From assembly GCA_963704755.1 (NCBI GenBank), contig OY969938.1:240001-272000 (forward strand): a DNA stretch of 32,000 bases, read 5' to 3'. This DNA is from an uncultured Chloroflexia bacterium. Lineage in GTDB: Bacteria; Chloroflexota; Anaerolineae; Anaerolineales; Anaerolineaceae. The notes beneath the pieces were generated by a model that was not told where the DNA came from, did not search any database, and worked only from the letters and a program-made list of their open reading frames with translations. Position numbers and translations under genes: made by a program. Below, in pieces: positions 23,566 through 32,000 of the stretch (position 1 is its first letter; every line of letters starts with the position of its first letter).

Positions 23566-26052
23566 TTATTTTCCCAATAGCTTCGGGAACCAGTAGCCAA
23601 CCACGTCAGCGGCGGGTTTGCCGTAAATGGAGGGGGAGGCATCCTGGATGGCGACCGGGTTATAGAAGCCACGGGATACAAATCCGGCCAGCCAGTCACG
23701 CGTACCAACCGCCTGGAAGAAGGCGTTGTAAATATTTACCTGGGCTTGCAGGACAACTTGCAAAGTCTGGGTCACCGGCTGAGAACTGCTCAAGGCCTCA
23801 AAAGAAATACAGGCATCGCCGGTGGGCACGCAGCCGGCATACGCCCCGTTGGTAGAGGGGTAATCCACCCCCAGGAGGACCGGCTTATTGATCTGCTGGT
23901 AGAGGCTGTTGATGTCGCCATCCAGCGCCGTGCCAATCGTGCCAACCAGTTCGTCTTGAGTGGGCGAAGACGAGGGACTCAATTCCGGCGAAAACAGCAC
24001 GTAGACCTCATCCACTGAGGATAACAGGTCCTGCGGGAGTGAATCGACCGGCCAGGGGTAAGGCAGCGCCCAAATAATCTTGCCCTGGTAGCGCTGGCGT
24101 ATGGTCGCAATAATATCGGCCCACTTATCGGCCGCATCAGCCGGGACACCTGAAGGAGACCCATCGGCCAATTTACCACCCGGTAAAGCCGGTGAGACCT
24201 CCGGCCCGCCCAGGATAATGGCGGAAACGTTGGTTTGGGCAGCCACGTCGGCAAAATTGACCGCGAACACCTTGTAGCGCTCGAACCAGTTATCCCACCA
24301 GCCAGGTGTCTGGCCGGCGCTGGCCCAGATATCGGCACTATCTTCGCTTTCGGATAGGCGCGGGAACAGGATTGGATTCAGGTTATTCTGGCGGGCCGTC
24401 TGGATGGATTGGGTGATATCGAACCACAACTCGTCTTTACCAGGCACCGGCTCGATCACGGGCGGGGCAGCATGGGTGTAGCTCCAGGTGGGCGAAAGGA
24501 TGGCCGTGTTGGCGCCCAGCATTTCCATCTTGTTGAAGCCCCAGAACATGTATGGCTGCCAGACTGGCGAATACGATGGAGCAATCTCAACTCCGGTGAC
24601 GAAGTCTGCGCTGCGCGGGGTGATCGTTTCGTCTGTGACCGTTGTGGGTGTCTGCGAAACGCTCCAGCCTACCCAACTTTGAATCTCATCATTGAGGGTC
24701 TGGCCTTCCTGAGTAACCGTCAGGGCACGGCCAGCCGCATCCGCGCCGGCGGTCGCGGTGTCATCCGCCACACCACATTGGTCGTTGCGGCAGTATCGAT
24801 AGCCCAGGTTGTTGACCATATTCAAGGGGCTATAGAGCACGAAAAGCCACTGATTATTGCCCAACGGCCACATCGGGATGGGATTGGTCCAGCCAAAAGG
24901 ATTGAACTGGATCGAAACTGTATCTTCCGGGCGGGTATCGGCGGGAACCTTGACGATGAACGTGATTGGGCTTGAATCGTTGGAAGCCCAGGCAGTGACC
25001 GAATTGGTGATGGTCGTATCTTCGCTCGGGACGATCAACTGGCGGGTGGCAAATAGCCCGTCTGTGGTATGCTCGGCGTTCCAGAAACCGTCTCCAAGGG
25101 TGTATTTATAGCGCAAATCAAAACCGACCGGCAGTTGCAGGGTCAGCGAATAACTACCGTCCGCAGCGATCGCCATCAAGGGTGCCCGGGCAGCGATCAC
25201 ACTCATGCCGCCCTCAGCGTCTGCGTATGTGTTTCCCAGGGAATACAGGTTGCCTACAATCCGGATCGGCAGGCCCTTGACATTGCCGGCCGGTGGGGTC
25301 ACCTGGAAGGTAACATTCACGTACTGCGCGGCGGACGTTTTAATCACCGCCGGCGTGGTGGCGTTTTCCGCAACCATAGCGCCCTGTTGGAAGGTTTTAA
25401 ACGTACCGTCCAGGCTATATATCACCAGGTTATGAACGCCTGGCGGAAGTCCTTCCAGGAGGAACGAGCCATCCGAAGCGGTCAGGGTCTGCATCCCACC
25501 CGCCAGGACCAGCGCATCCGGATAGGGGGCGTTGGTATCGGGGTTGAACACCTGGCCGGTGATGCGTCCGGTAGGTCCCTGGTATTGGAAATCTGTCCAG
25601 GCAGAGATGATATCGTTGACTACCTGCGGGCCGGTCACATCGACCATGCGATAGCGGACCTGCTTCCCGCTGGCAGTATATTCTACGTAGTAGGGCGAAC
25701 TTCCGCGTAAATAGCGGTATTTAACGACTGTACCGATAGGAAAATTGACATTGGCTTCATACTGGCCGGAGCCAATATCTTTAAGCGGAATCCGCTGGGG
25801 ATTCAACGCCAGGCCGGTCACTTCATCCAAAATTTCGACGGTGATGTCCCCGGCCGGCATACCCGACTGTTCTGTTGCCCGGAAAGTTACTGTCGCCAGG
25901 GGAATATTCTGATCGGTATGAGAGACCACCGCGGCCTGGGTGGGCTGGAGCAGCCCCAAGAAGTTCGGTTGGAAGGAGCACCCAACCAGTAACCCGGCTG
26001 CTACAAGTATAGAGAGACAAGAGAAAACTTGCCGTTTGACTGAATGAAGCAT
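23566..26052 (-). CDS. Large secreted lipoprotein with carboxypeptidase-regulatory-like/CBM-like beta-sandwich modules and a possible glycoside-hydrolase-like C-terminal domain
   Basis: The signal peptide carries a lipobox (LVAAGLLVGC|S). A CarboxypepD_reg-like segment is present (GRITGQVFNPDTNAPYPDALVLAGG...TASDGSFLLEGLPPGVHNLVIY). There are repeated ...KYRY/YKYT/YRYC beta-sandwich-like stretches. The functional call for the C-terminal ~350 aa is weak. Confidence 0.6.
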   Translation of the reverse strand: MLHSVKRQVFSCLSILVAAGLLVGCSFQPNFLGLLQPTQAAVVSHTDQNIPLATVTFRATEQSGMPAGDITVEILDEVTGLALNPQRIPLKDIGSGQYEANVNFPIGTVVKYRYLRGSSPYYVEYTASGKQVRYRMVDVTGPQVVNDIISAWTDFQYQGPTGRITGQVFNPDTNAPYPDALVLAGGMQTLTASDGSFLLEGLPPGVHNLVIYSLDGTFKTFQQGAMVAENATTPAVIKTSAAQYVNVTFQVTPPAGNVKGLPIRIVGNLYSLGNTYADAEGGMSVIAARAPLMAIAADGSYSLTLQLPVGFDLRYKYTLGDGFWNAEHTTDGLFATRQLIVPSEDTTITNSVTAWASNDSSPITFIVKVPADTRPEDTVSIQFNPFGWTNPIPMWPLGNNQWLFVLYSPLNMVNNLGYRYCRNDQCGVADDTATAGADAAGRALTVTQEGQTLNDEIQSWVGWSVSQTPTTVTDETITPRSADFVTGVEIAPSYSPVWQPYMFWGFNKMEMLGANTAILSPTWSYTHAAPPVIEPVPGKDELWFDITQSIQTARQNNLNPILFPRLSESEDSADIWASAGQTPGWWDNWFERYKVFAVNFADVAAQTNVSAIILGGPEVSPALPGGKLADGSPSGVPADAADKWADIIATIRQRYQGKIIWALPYPWPVDSLPQDLLSSVDEVYVLFSPELSPSSSPTQDELVGTIGTALDGDINSLYQQINKPVLLGVDYPSTNGAYAGCVPTGDACISFEALSSSQPVTQTLQVVLQAQVNIYNAFFQAVGTRDWLAGFVSRGFYNPVAIQDASPSIYGKPAADVVGYWFPKLLGK

Positions 26053-26107
26053 GATGGTCTCCCGTTTGATGGAAGTTGGTTATTCCCCTTACCGACGCAT
26101 TTCCTGG

Positions 26108-26575
26108 CTAATTCGTTTCGGGTAGAGTTCCGGTGCCTTCCTTGCCGGTTTTCTTGAACCTGTGCCTGATTTCCTGCTGGCGATTGGCAAGGCTGCCCAG
26201 TACACCGTTCACAAAGCGGGGAGTACTATCCGCTCCGTACAATTTGGCCAGCTCGATCGCTTCGTTGATGGCCACTTTCACCGGGGTGCACCCTTCGACG
26301 GCAAATTCCCACAAGGCGATGCGCAAGATATTGCGATCGATCACCGCTACCTGGTCGAGGGGCCATTCCGGTGCGTGCTGAGCGATAAGGTCATCAAGCT
26401 GGCTGGTGATAGGCCAAATGCCAGTTACTATGGACCTGGTAAATTCAATCAAATTTTCGTCCATAGCATCTTCCGCAAGTCGATCTTGAAGTGCGATGGC
26501 CGGCTGGTGCGAGGTCATGTCACACTCATATAAGACTTGCAAGGCAATGCTTCTGGCCCTGGTACGCGGTTTCAT
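26108..26575 (-). CDS. nusB: Transcription antitermination factor NusB
   Basis: The 155-aa ORF shows RARSIALQVLYECDM..., DRNILRIALWEF...TPVKVAINEAIELAKLYG...FVNGVLG, the typical NusB sequence. It follows an asp23-like gene, as in many Gram-positive-type genomes. Confidence 0.9.
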   Translation of the reverse strand: MKPRTRARSIALQVLYECDMTSHQPAIALQDRLAEDAMDENLIEFTRSIVTGIWPITSQLDDLIAQHAPEWPLDQVAVIDRNILRIALWEFAVEGCTPVKVAINEAIELAKLYGADSTPRFVNGVLGSLANRQQEIRHRFKKTGKEGTGTLPETN

Positions 26576-26621
26576 AAGTTTACGAATTGTTAATCTTCAA
26601 TATTAGGGTTAATGGCTTGGA

Positions 26622-26978
26622 TCAATGAGCTTCAGGTTCCGAGTAATCAATATCCTCAATGTGGATGTTGACTTTTCCAACCTCCATGCCCACCATTTCA
26701 GAAATCGCACGGGATACCTGATTCTGAATTGCGTGGCTTACTTCTCTCACGTTCATATCCTTTTTCAGGATAACGTACAGATCGACGTAAACCCGATCGT
26801 TTTCGACGGTTATTTTGATGCCTTCACTTACACTGCGATTGAAAAATCGCTCCACCTCAGATGGGATGGTCGCCAGCCGGCTGACACCCTGGACGCTCAA
26901 TGCGGTCAACCGTGCGATTGTGACCAGCACTTCAGGCGCGATGGTTGTTTTTCCAGGGGGACGAATTGTATCGGTCAT
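26622..26978 (-). CDS. Asp23/Gls24 family envelope stress response protein
   Basis: The 118-aa ORF shows GKTTIAPEVLVTIARLTALSVQGVSRL... and ...VYVDLYVILKKDMNVREVSHAIQNQVSRAISEMVGMEVGKVNIHIEDI, the characteristic Asp23 pattern. Confidence 0.85.
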   Translation of the reverse strand: MTDTIRPPGKTTIAPEVLVTIARLTALSVQGVSRLATIPSEVERFFNRSVSEGIKITVENDRVYVDLYVILKKDMNVREVSHAIQNQVSRAISEMVGMEVGKVNIHIEDIDYSEPEAH

Positions 26979-27147
26979 TTATCCTCCAATAAATTGGCGT
27001 TGACGAACCTGTTATAGCCCGGATGGGCTAAAAACGCCTTTGGTCTGGCAATTGTTGTTGATTTTGGCCGTTTCTTATTATAACCTCAATCAACTCCCGG
27101 CGACCAAACGGTTTTTTTTAGGTCAAATACCGGCAGAGTCTGACCGG

Positions 27148-27918
27148 CTACGAGTTTATCCTATGCAAAAAGTGTGCCGTTTTTTCCTCAACAAAAGCCA
27201 ATTCTCGGTCCAAAAGGATGCAGTGGCCGGATTGCTCCAGGCGAATGTATTCTTTGTCTGTTGAGCCGGTCGTTTCGTATACCAATTTTGAGCTGAGCGG
27301 GTCGATGGTGTGGTCGTGATCGCCTTGAAACACCATCAGTGGCTGTTTGACGTCGGGCAGGATGCGCCGTACCTTAGCCTGTAAAATTCCCAACTGGTAT
27401 ACAGCGGGCAGGGGCAGCACGTTATAGCCCTGCCAGGGTAAAACCTGGGGGTCCTGATCTTCTTCGTCATCCACGTAACCCTTCGGTACAATTTTTACAA
27501 AGGGTGAGAGCAGCCCGGACTTCCACAATCCTGGAATTCTCAAGGCCGGCGCGTACACCATCAGGCCGGCGATATCCGTATGCTTCCAGGCCAGGTAAAG
27601 TGCGAGCAGCCCGCCCATCGATTCGCCGGCCACAAACAACCGGCCGGTCCTTAAGGCCAGGCTTTGATAGGCCTGTTCGGCGCAATCGACCCAATCCCGC
27701 CAGGAAACGGAAAGCATATCTTCCGGTTTTGTGCCATGTCCGGGCAAGAGGGGTGCAGCGATGCTATAGCCGAGCTGGTGGAGGTGCGTGGCCATCGGCC
27801 GTACCTCCACCGTTGTGGCAGTGAAGCCATGCAGTAAAAGGACACCTGTCCGCGAGCCATCCATTGAAAAGGACGCGCCGTCCAACTGGGGATTTGCATA
27901 AACCGGCCTTTTACCCAT
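27148..27918 (-). CDS. Alpha/beta hydrolase (carboxylesterase/monoacylglycerol lipase-like)
   Basis: The 256-aa ORF has the oxyanion region LLLHGFT and the nucleophile elbow GESMGG. A C-terminal His context is present (SGHCILLD). It starts 24 bp downstream of larA on the same strand. Confidence 0.8.
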   Translation of the reverse strand: MGKRPVYANPQLDGASFSMDGSRTGVLLLHGFTATTVEVRPMATHLHQLGYSIAAPLLPGHGTKPEDMLSVSWRDWVDCAEQAYQSLALRTGRLFVAGESMGGLLALYLAWKHTDIAGLMVYAPALRIPGLWKSGLLSPFVKIVPKGYVDDEEDQDPQVLPWQGYNVLPLPAVYQLGILQAKVRRILPDVKQPLMVFQGDHDHTIDPLSSKLVYETTGSTDKEYIRLEQSGHCILLDRELAFVEEKTAHFLHRINS

Positions 27919-27942
27919 TTTGCATTTCCATTTCGAACCAAC

Positions 27943-29211
27943 TTACCCAATTCGGGATCGATCGACGATCAGGTGGGTTGCGTAGGGCAGGACTGCGACG
28001 CGCTGGATCGCGGGTTGGGCGTTCGCTGCCAGTTTTAGCGCTTCCTGGACGGAAGCAGCCGGGGTGAACATGAGCCGGCGTACCTTTTCATCCGGCATAG
28101 CCGAAACCATATAAAGATCAAATTGGCTGGCTTGCCGGCCAATTTGAAAAGCCTTGTGCGGACCGATTTCGAAGCCAGTCTGCTCGAATTTTTCCAGTGC
28201 CTGTTGAGGCGTGGACACGTCCTGCATGAACTGCTCAAAAGGCAAACTGCCGCTGCCATCCACACACTCAGCCGCCAGGATGATGGCACCACCAGGGCGG
28301 GTAAATGCGGCGGCATGAGATACTGCCTTCTGAGCCTGGTACAGATTGATATCTTTGGGGTATCCGCCGGGGGAGGTGATGACCAGGTCATAGGGCCGGT
28401 CAATTTTCACCCCACAGATTTCCCGAGAAAGGCGCACACCGGCGGCTAACACCGCCTGGGGACTGCCGGCAAAAGCGCGGATAATCTGGCGATCGTCGGT
28501 CAGCACCGTATTCAGGGCATAATCGATTTTGGCCAGGCGGCCCATCTCTTCCAGGTCCTGGCGCATGGGGTTTTCTTCCAGGGAGCCAATCACGGCCCGT
28601 GGATCCGCCAGCATGCGGTGGTTGGTGGTGATCGTGGTGCGGCCACCCAGCCCAATGCAGGCTGTTTTGACCCCGCCGGAAAAGCCCATAAAGTGGTGCG
28701 GCTCGATATTCCCGGTGACAATACGCAGGTCGGCCTGGTAGAAGCGCTTGTTGATAGTGACCGGGGTACCCCGTGTAGTTGTGCCCAGGCTTACCAGGTT
28801 TTCGATATCGTCGCAATCGTGGCTGACGACACGCACACGCCCGGTCACTTCGGCCGGTAAGGTGCTCATAATCTCTGCGCGGCCGGCCGGCTTATGGGTC
28901 CCCACAGCTATGATGATGAGGATCTTCTGGTCCGGAATGCCTATCGAATTCAGCCGGTTTATTAGAGGCAGCAACTGCTGTAAATGGGGCACCGGGCGGG
29001 TCTTGTCGTTGACCGCGATCGCCGCGGTATGGGCACGGCCGGCAAACCGCTCGAGTGAAACCCCATCTTCAGGATTACTCAGGGCACGGTTGACCTCCGC
29101 GAGTCCATCTGGCGCCGGCAAGGTCTCGTGCGGCAAGAAGATATCCACCTGATAACCCCTCAGATCAACAGCTTGTTTGTTCTTACCATAAGGCAGTTCG
29201 ATGGGTTCCAT
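27943..29211 (-). CDS. larA: LarA-family nickel-pincer (NPN) cofactor-dependent 2-hydroxyacid racemase/epimerase homologue (DUF2088)
   Basis: The 422-aa ORF has conserved LarA blocks: NDKTRPVP, AVGTHKP and GNIEPHHFMGFSGGVKT (catalytic His and NPN-tethering Lys context). ITTNH is also present. The substrate is unknown. Confidence 0.8.
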   Translation of the reverse strand: MEPIELPYGKNKQAVDLRGYQVDIFLPHETLPAPDGLAEVNRALSNPEDGVSLERFAGRAHTAAIAVNDKTRPVPHLQQLLPLINRLNSIGIPDQKILIIIAVGTHKPAGRAEIMSTLPAEVTGRVRVVSHDCDDIENLVSLGTTTRGTPVTINKRFYQADLRIVTGNIEPHHFMGFSGGVKTACIGLGGRTTITTNHRMLADPRAVIGSLEENPMRQDLEEMGRLAKIDYALNTVLTDDRQIIRAFAGSPQAVLAAGVRLSREICGVKIDRPYDLVITSPGGYPKDINLYQAQKAVSHAAAFTRPGGAIILAAECVDGSGSLPFEQFMQDVSTPQQALEKFEQTGFEIGPHKAFQIGRQASQFDLYMVSAMPDEKVRRLMFTPAASVQEALKLAANAQPAIQRVAVLPYATHLIVDRSRIG

Positions 29212-29220
29212 AATGCACTA

Positions 29221-30270
29221 TTAGAATATCTCGGCCGGCGTACCGGTGGTCAAGGCAGCGACCTCGTCTCCGCGCAAGCCCATACAAAACACACCCTGAA
29301 TCGTGCCTTCGGTTGTAGGAACCTCGTCAGCCAGGAAGCGAATGATCTTACCCAGGCGGGTGATGATAAACAAATCGTCAGTGGGTGCAATTTTGGTCGC
29401 GCTGATGACCTCGTCCGATTTGATTAAAATCTTGCCCGAGCCTCCTGGTGATTTGTTCGGCGCAAAGCCGCTCATCAGGCGGATCGTTCCTTTGCCATCA
29501 GCGCCGGCCACGAATACCTGTGAATCTGGCTCTACCCAGGTGACTGAGACGACCTGGTCGTCCGCGGAGAGGTTAATCCCTCTCGCGCCTTGGGGCGGCA
29601 AGGATTTTTCACTAAACCGAATGGCGATACCATTGCGCGAAACCAGCAACAGCTCCTGGTTTCCGGGTGTCCAGCAGACAGAGGCCAGCGGACCGTAATC
29701 GGCGGCGTTATACATGGCCGTCCCGGGGCGCATATGCTCCCCGAACAGGTGGTGACGCAGGCAGCGGATGAATCCATTGCGGCTGGCCAGTGCGACATAC
29801 CCCGATGCTCTTTCCGGTAGTGCCGCGACGATGTACTCATCCGAATCGAGTTGCAGGCGCTCAAAAGCGGCGCCCTTGGCCCGGATAGGGCTTTCTTCGA
29901 TCTTTTCTGCCGAATAACGAAAGACCTTGGCTTTATTGGAAAACAAAAGGATGGTCTCGGACATATCCGCGCATAAAAGGAACTGCGGTTGGTCATCGGG
30001 CGGCACATCCAGGTCAAAAACGCCAATACCGCCGCGATGCTGCCGGCCGTACATGTGGCGAGGTGTTCGCTTTATCAGGCCCTTTCGACTGCATGTAAAA
30101 ATATTGACCGTTGTAGGAGGTTCGGTAAAAATTGTCTCTTCAGAAACCGGGACAGGAATTTCTCTTTCGATAGTCTTCGGTCGGGTTCGATGCTGTTCCA
30201 GTTGATGTTCCAAGAAATTGATGTAAGTTATGATAGCCGGGTCGAGACCACTTAAGTCGGGTCGTTCCAT
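29221..30270 (-). CDS. Stand-alone DNA gyrase/topo IV subunit A C-terminal-domain-like beta-pinwheel protein
   Basis: The 349-aa ORF has repeated blades of the GyrA-CTD type. One is CSRKGLIKRTPRHMYGRQHRGGIGVFDLD...ILLFSNKAKVFRYSAEKIEESPIRAKG, where QHRGGIG resembles a GyrA box. Others include ASRNGFIRC...LLVSRNGIAIRFSEKSLPPQGARGINL and IITRLGKIIRFLADEVP...GTIQGV. There is no topoisomerase catalytic domain. Confidence 0.7.
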   Translation of the reverse strand: MERPDLSGLDPAIITYINFLEHQLEQHRTRPKTIEREIPVPVSEETIFTEPPTTVNIFTCSRKGLIKRTPRHMYGRQHRGGIGVFDLDVPPDDQPQFLLCADMSETILLFSNKAKVFRYSAEKIEESPIRAKGAAFERLQLDSDEYIVAALPERASGYVALASRNGFIRCLRHHLFGEHMRPGTAMYNAADYGPLASVCWTPGNQELLLVSRNGIAIRFSEKSLPPQGARGINLSADDQVVSVTWVEPDSQVFVAGADGKGTIRLMSGFAPNKSPGGSGKILIKSDEVISATKIAPTDDLFIITRLGKIIRFLADEVPTTEGTIQGVFCMGLRGDEVAALTTGTPAEIF

Positions 30271-30743
30271 ACATACTCCGTTTGATATCTTTAAATCAAA
30301 TTATACCGGATAATAAAGCCATCCTGATTTTTGAGTTGTAGAACGTATTATCTACAACAAAAATAAGAGCAGGGGCGTTGGACTGAACGCCATAAACTTC
30401 TACGAGAAGATTAACACCAATTCGTATTCATTCGATAGCAAACAGAATAATACAAAGAAGAAGTGGCGATTTATCACACGAAAAATGGGGCAGGTGAGGG
30501 GAAATTTTGCGATTCGTCTTTATGCTTTCGATAAGTATCATTATCATAAGCATAAACTGAGCGTAATCAGGTCTGCCTTCCTACTACCTGCGCCTTTTCA
30601 GTTTTTCGGTGCTTCTTTGCAATAAAACTGAAATTAAAAATGTCTATGACTATGTTAAAAGTAATTTTCCCGAGTTGCACCTTGTCATCCAGAAATCCTG
30701 CTTTTAGGACTCAGGAGGCCTTCAAATCGGATGGCTTGCAGAA

Positions 30744-30795
30744 AACCTGTGTAATTCTTCGCCTTGCCAGGTTTCAGCTCGGAATTACACAGGTT
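30744..30795. repeat. Perfect 14-bp inverted repeat with 24-nt spacer in the AT-rich intergenic region
   Basis: The arms aacctgtgtaattc (30744-30757) and gaattacacaggtt (30782-30795) are exact reverse complements. The repeat lies ~115-165 nt downstream of the VIT-like gene stop on the minus strand. It could be a distal terminator, an RNA structure or a protein-binding palindrome. Confidence 0.45.
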
Positions 30796-30911
30796 AGGAC
30801 TGCACCCGCAAAATGTTGGAAATTCCATGAATTGAGTCCCGCTAAGGCGAAGTCTGTGAATTCCGTTTTCGCTGCAGGATCATTTCTGGCTCATCTATAC
30901 GCAGTTTTACC

Positions 30912-32000
30912 TCAGCCGCCCACACTTACACCGATAATTCTGCCGATTCCATAGGTGATTGCGGCGGCTAACAAGCCAAATATAACCATTCGCAAACCCG
31001 AATAAACCACCGTCCGCCCGGTGAACAAGGTGATCGCGGCCCCCAACCCGAACAGGCCTATGGCGCTCAAGCCGACGCTGACCGCGACCGCAGTTAATCC
31101 GTTGAGGAAGGTGAAAGCAATCACCGGGATGATCGCCCCGATGGCGAACAAGAAAAAGGAGGTAATCGCTGCCTCCCAGGCGGACCCGCCCAGTTCTTCA
31201 GGATCGATCCCCAGCTCTTCGCGCGCCAGCGTATCCAGAGCATGATTCTTGTCAGAAAGGATCTGATTCGCCAGGGTTCGGGACTGTTCGGGATCTAACC
31301 CGCGCGCTTCATAAATCAAAGCCAGCTCTTCGGCTTCTTCCTCAGGCGCTTGCTCTATTTCTTTTTCTTCGATCCGGATCTGGTTCCCATACAGTTCACG
31401 GGAAGATTGGACTGAGAGCCATTCCCCCAGGGCCATTGAGAAGGCGCCTGCCAGCAATCCGGCCAGTCCGGCGATTAGAATGGCCTTGTTGTTCATTGAG
31501 GCGCCTGCAACGCCCATGACCAGGCTTAGATTGGAAACCAACCCGTCGTTCGCGCCAAGCACCGCCGCCCGCAATGCATTTCCGCCCGTCGAGCGATGGC
31601 GGCCCTCGAGTTGCGCAACCAGGCTTCCCTGTAACCCGCCTCCCGCTCCCTTGCTGAGCTGGTTCAAAATCACAGAATGGGATTGTTCCTGAGCGGCAAA
31701 AGCCAGCCCGTTGGCCTGGACGGCATATGCCTTCGCCCCATCTTTTTCCATGGCCTGTAGCCCCGGCAAGATCAGCTCGGCCCCAAAGCGCTTCCCCAGC
31801 CAGATCAGTATCTTCGTACGTAATGTTGGCCGAAAGGCAGATACCTCGACATCGTTTTCTTTTAGCAATTCTTCCCACCGGGTAGCGTGCTTCAATTCTA
31901 CGGCTGCCATGCGCTTGTAGACTTCCTGGATTTTCTCATCCTTCTCCGCCTCGGCCAGGGAAGCATAAATCAATGCGCTGTTTTGTTCGTCTTTCCAAAA
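30912..32000 (-). CDS. VIT1/CCC1-family iron/manganese transporter with N-terminal ferritin-like (rubrerythrin-like) domain; 5' end lies right of the window
   Basis: The listed M at 31973 is a TTG codon, and the frame stays open to base 32000 (FWKDEQNSALIYASLAEAEKDE...). So the true start is outside the window. A ferritin-like helix (AAVELKHATRWEELL) is followed by the VIT1 pattern (LRAAVLGANDGLVSNLSLVMGVAG) and C-terminal TM helices. Confidence 0.8.
   Translation of the reverse strand, partial: FWKDEQNSALIYASLAEAEKDEKIQEVYKRMAAVELKHATRWEELLKENDVEVSAFRPTLRTKILIWLGKRFGAELILPGLQAMEKDGAKAYAVQANGLAFAAQEQSHSVILNQLSKGAGGGLQGSLVAQLEGRHRSTGGNALRAAVLGANDGLVSNLSLVMGVAGASMNNKAILIAGLAGLLAGAFSMALGEWLSVQSSRELYGNQIRIEEKEIEQAPEEEAEELALIYEARGLDPEQSRTLANQILSDKNHALDTLAREELGIDPEELGGSAWEAAITSFFLFAIGAIIPVIAFTFLNGLTAVAVSVGLSAIGLFGLGAAITLFTGRTVVYSGLRMVIFGLLAAAITYGIGRIIGVSVGG

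Noticed and set aside
30640-30954. 104-aa + strand ORF in the AT-rich gap, overlapping the 3' end of the VIT1-like gene
   Set aside because: There is no RBS and no recognisable fold or motif. It contains the 14-bp inverted repeat and runs antisense into a well-supported gene. It is kept only as a remote possibility under the intergenic finding.
1-32000. CRISPR arrays, tandem repeats, IS elements, prophage or integron features, rRNA/tRNA genes
   Set aside because: Reading through the window, I found no regularly spaced direct repeats, no transposase/integrase/recombinase-like ORFs, no terminal inverted repeats flanking a gene block, and no rRNA/tRNA-like sequence. The only repeats seen are isolated hairpins.

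Overview
Chromosomal window from a moderately GC-rich bacterium. The gene content is reminiscent of Chloroflexota/Anaerolineae, but that is only a guess. I recognised no rRNA, tRNA, CRISPR array, transposase or integrase. LEFT HALF (1-15892): all genes are on the + strand, mostly with gaps under 50 bp or with overlaps. It holds the 3' end of an SsnA-like amidohydrolase, then a coenzyme F420 module (npdG, cofE, a 2H phosphoesterase, cofC, an LLM/Mer-like oxidoreductase). Next come two xanthine-dehydrogenase-family molybdenum hydroxylases with complementary domain fusions: FAD + [FeS-Moco], and [FAD-FeS] + Moco, the second large subunit being frame-shifted. A maturation set follows (xdhC, yqeB, a yqeC-mocA fusion, a second mocA); this set is the known comparative-genomic signature of selenium-dependent molybdenum hydroxylases. 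The F420 module sits exactly where E. coli has ssnA-ygfM-xdhD contiguous. This is the most interesting and, to my knowledge, undescribed association in the window. RIGHT HALF: an S41 C-terminal protease and a class IV aminotransferase, then a minus-strand four-gene operon. That operon encodes an MrfA-like DEAH helicase with an intact HNH nuclease insert in its DUF1998 domain, a YprB/MrfB-like DEDDh exonuclease-TPR fusion, a 113-aa unknown, and a DUF2007 protein. After it come a prepilin peptidase, an 828-aa lipoprotein, asp23-nusB, and an operon of a standalone GyrA-CTD beta-pinwheel protein + LarA homologue + esterase. The window ends with a 641-bp AT-rich, hairpin-dense non-coding gap and a ferritin-like/VIT1 transporter gene that runs off the right edge. 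All family calls come from reading the translated ORFs and recalling motifs; no database search was possible.
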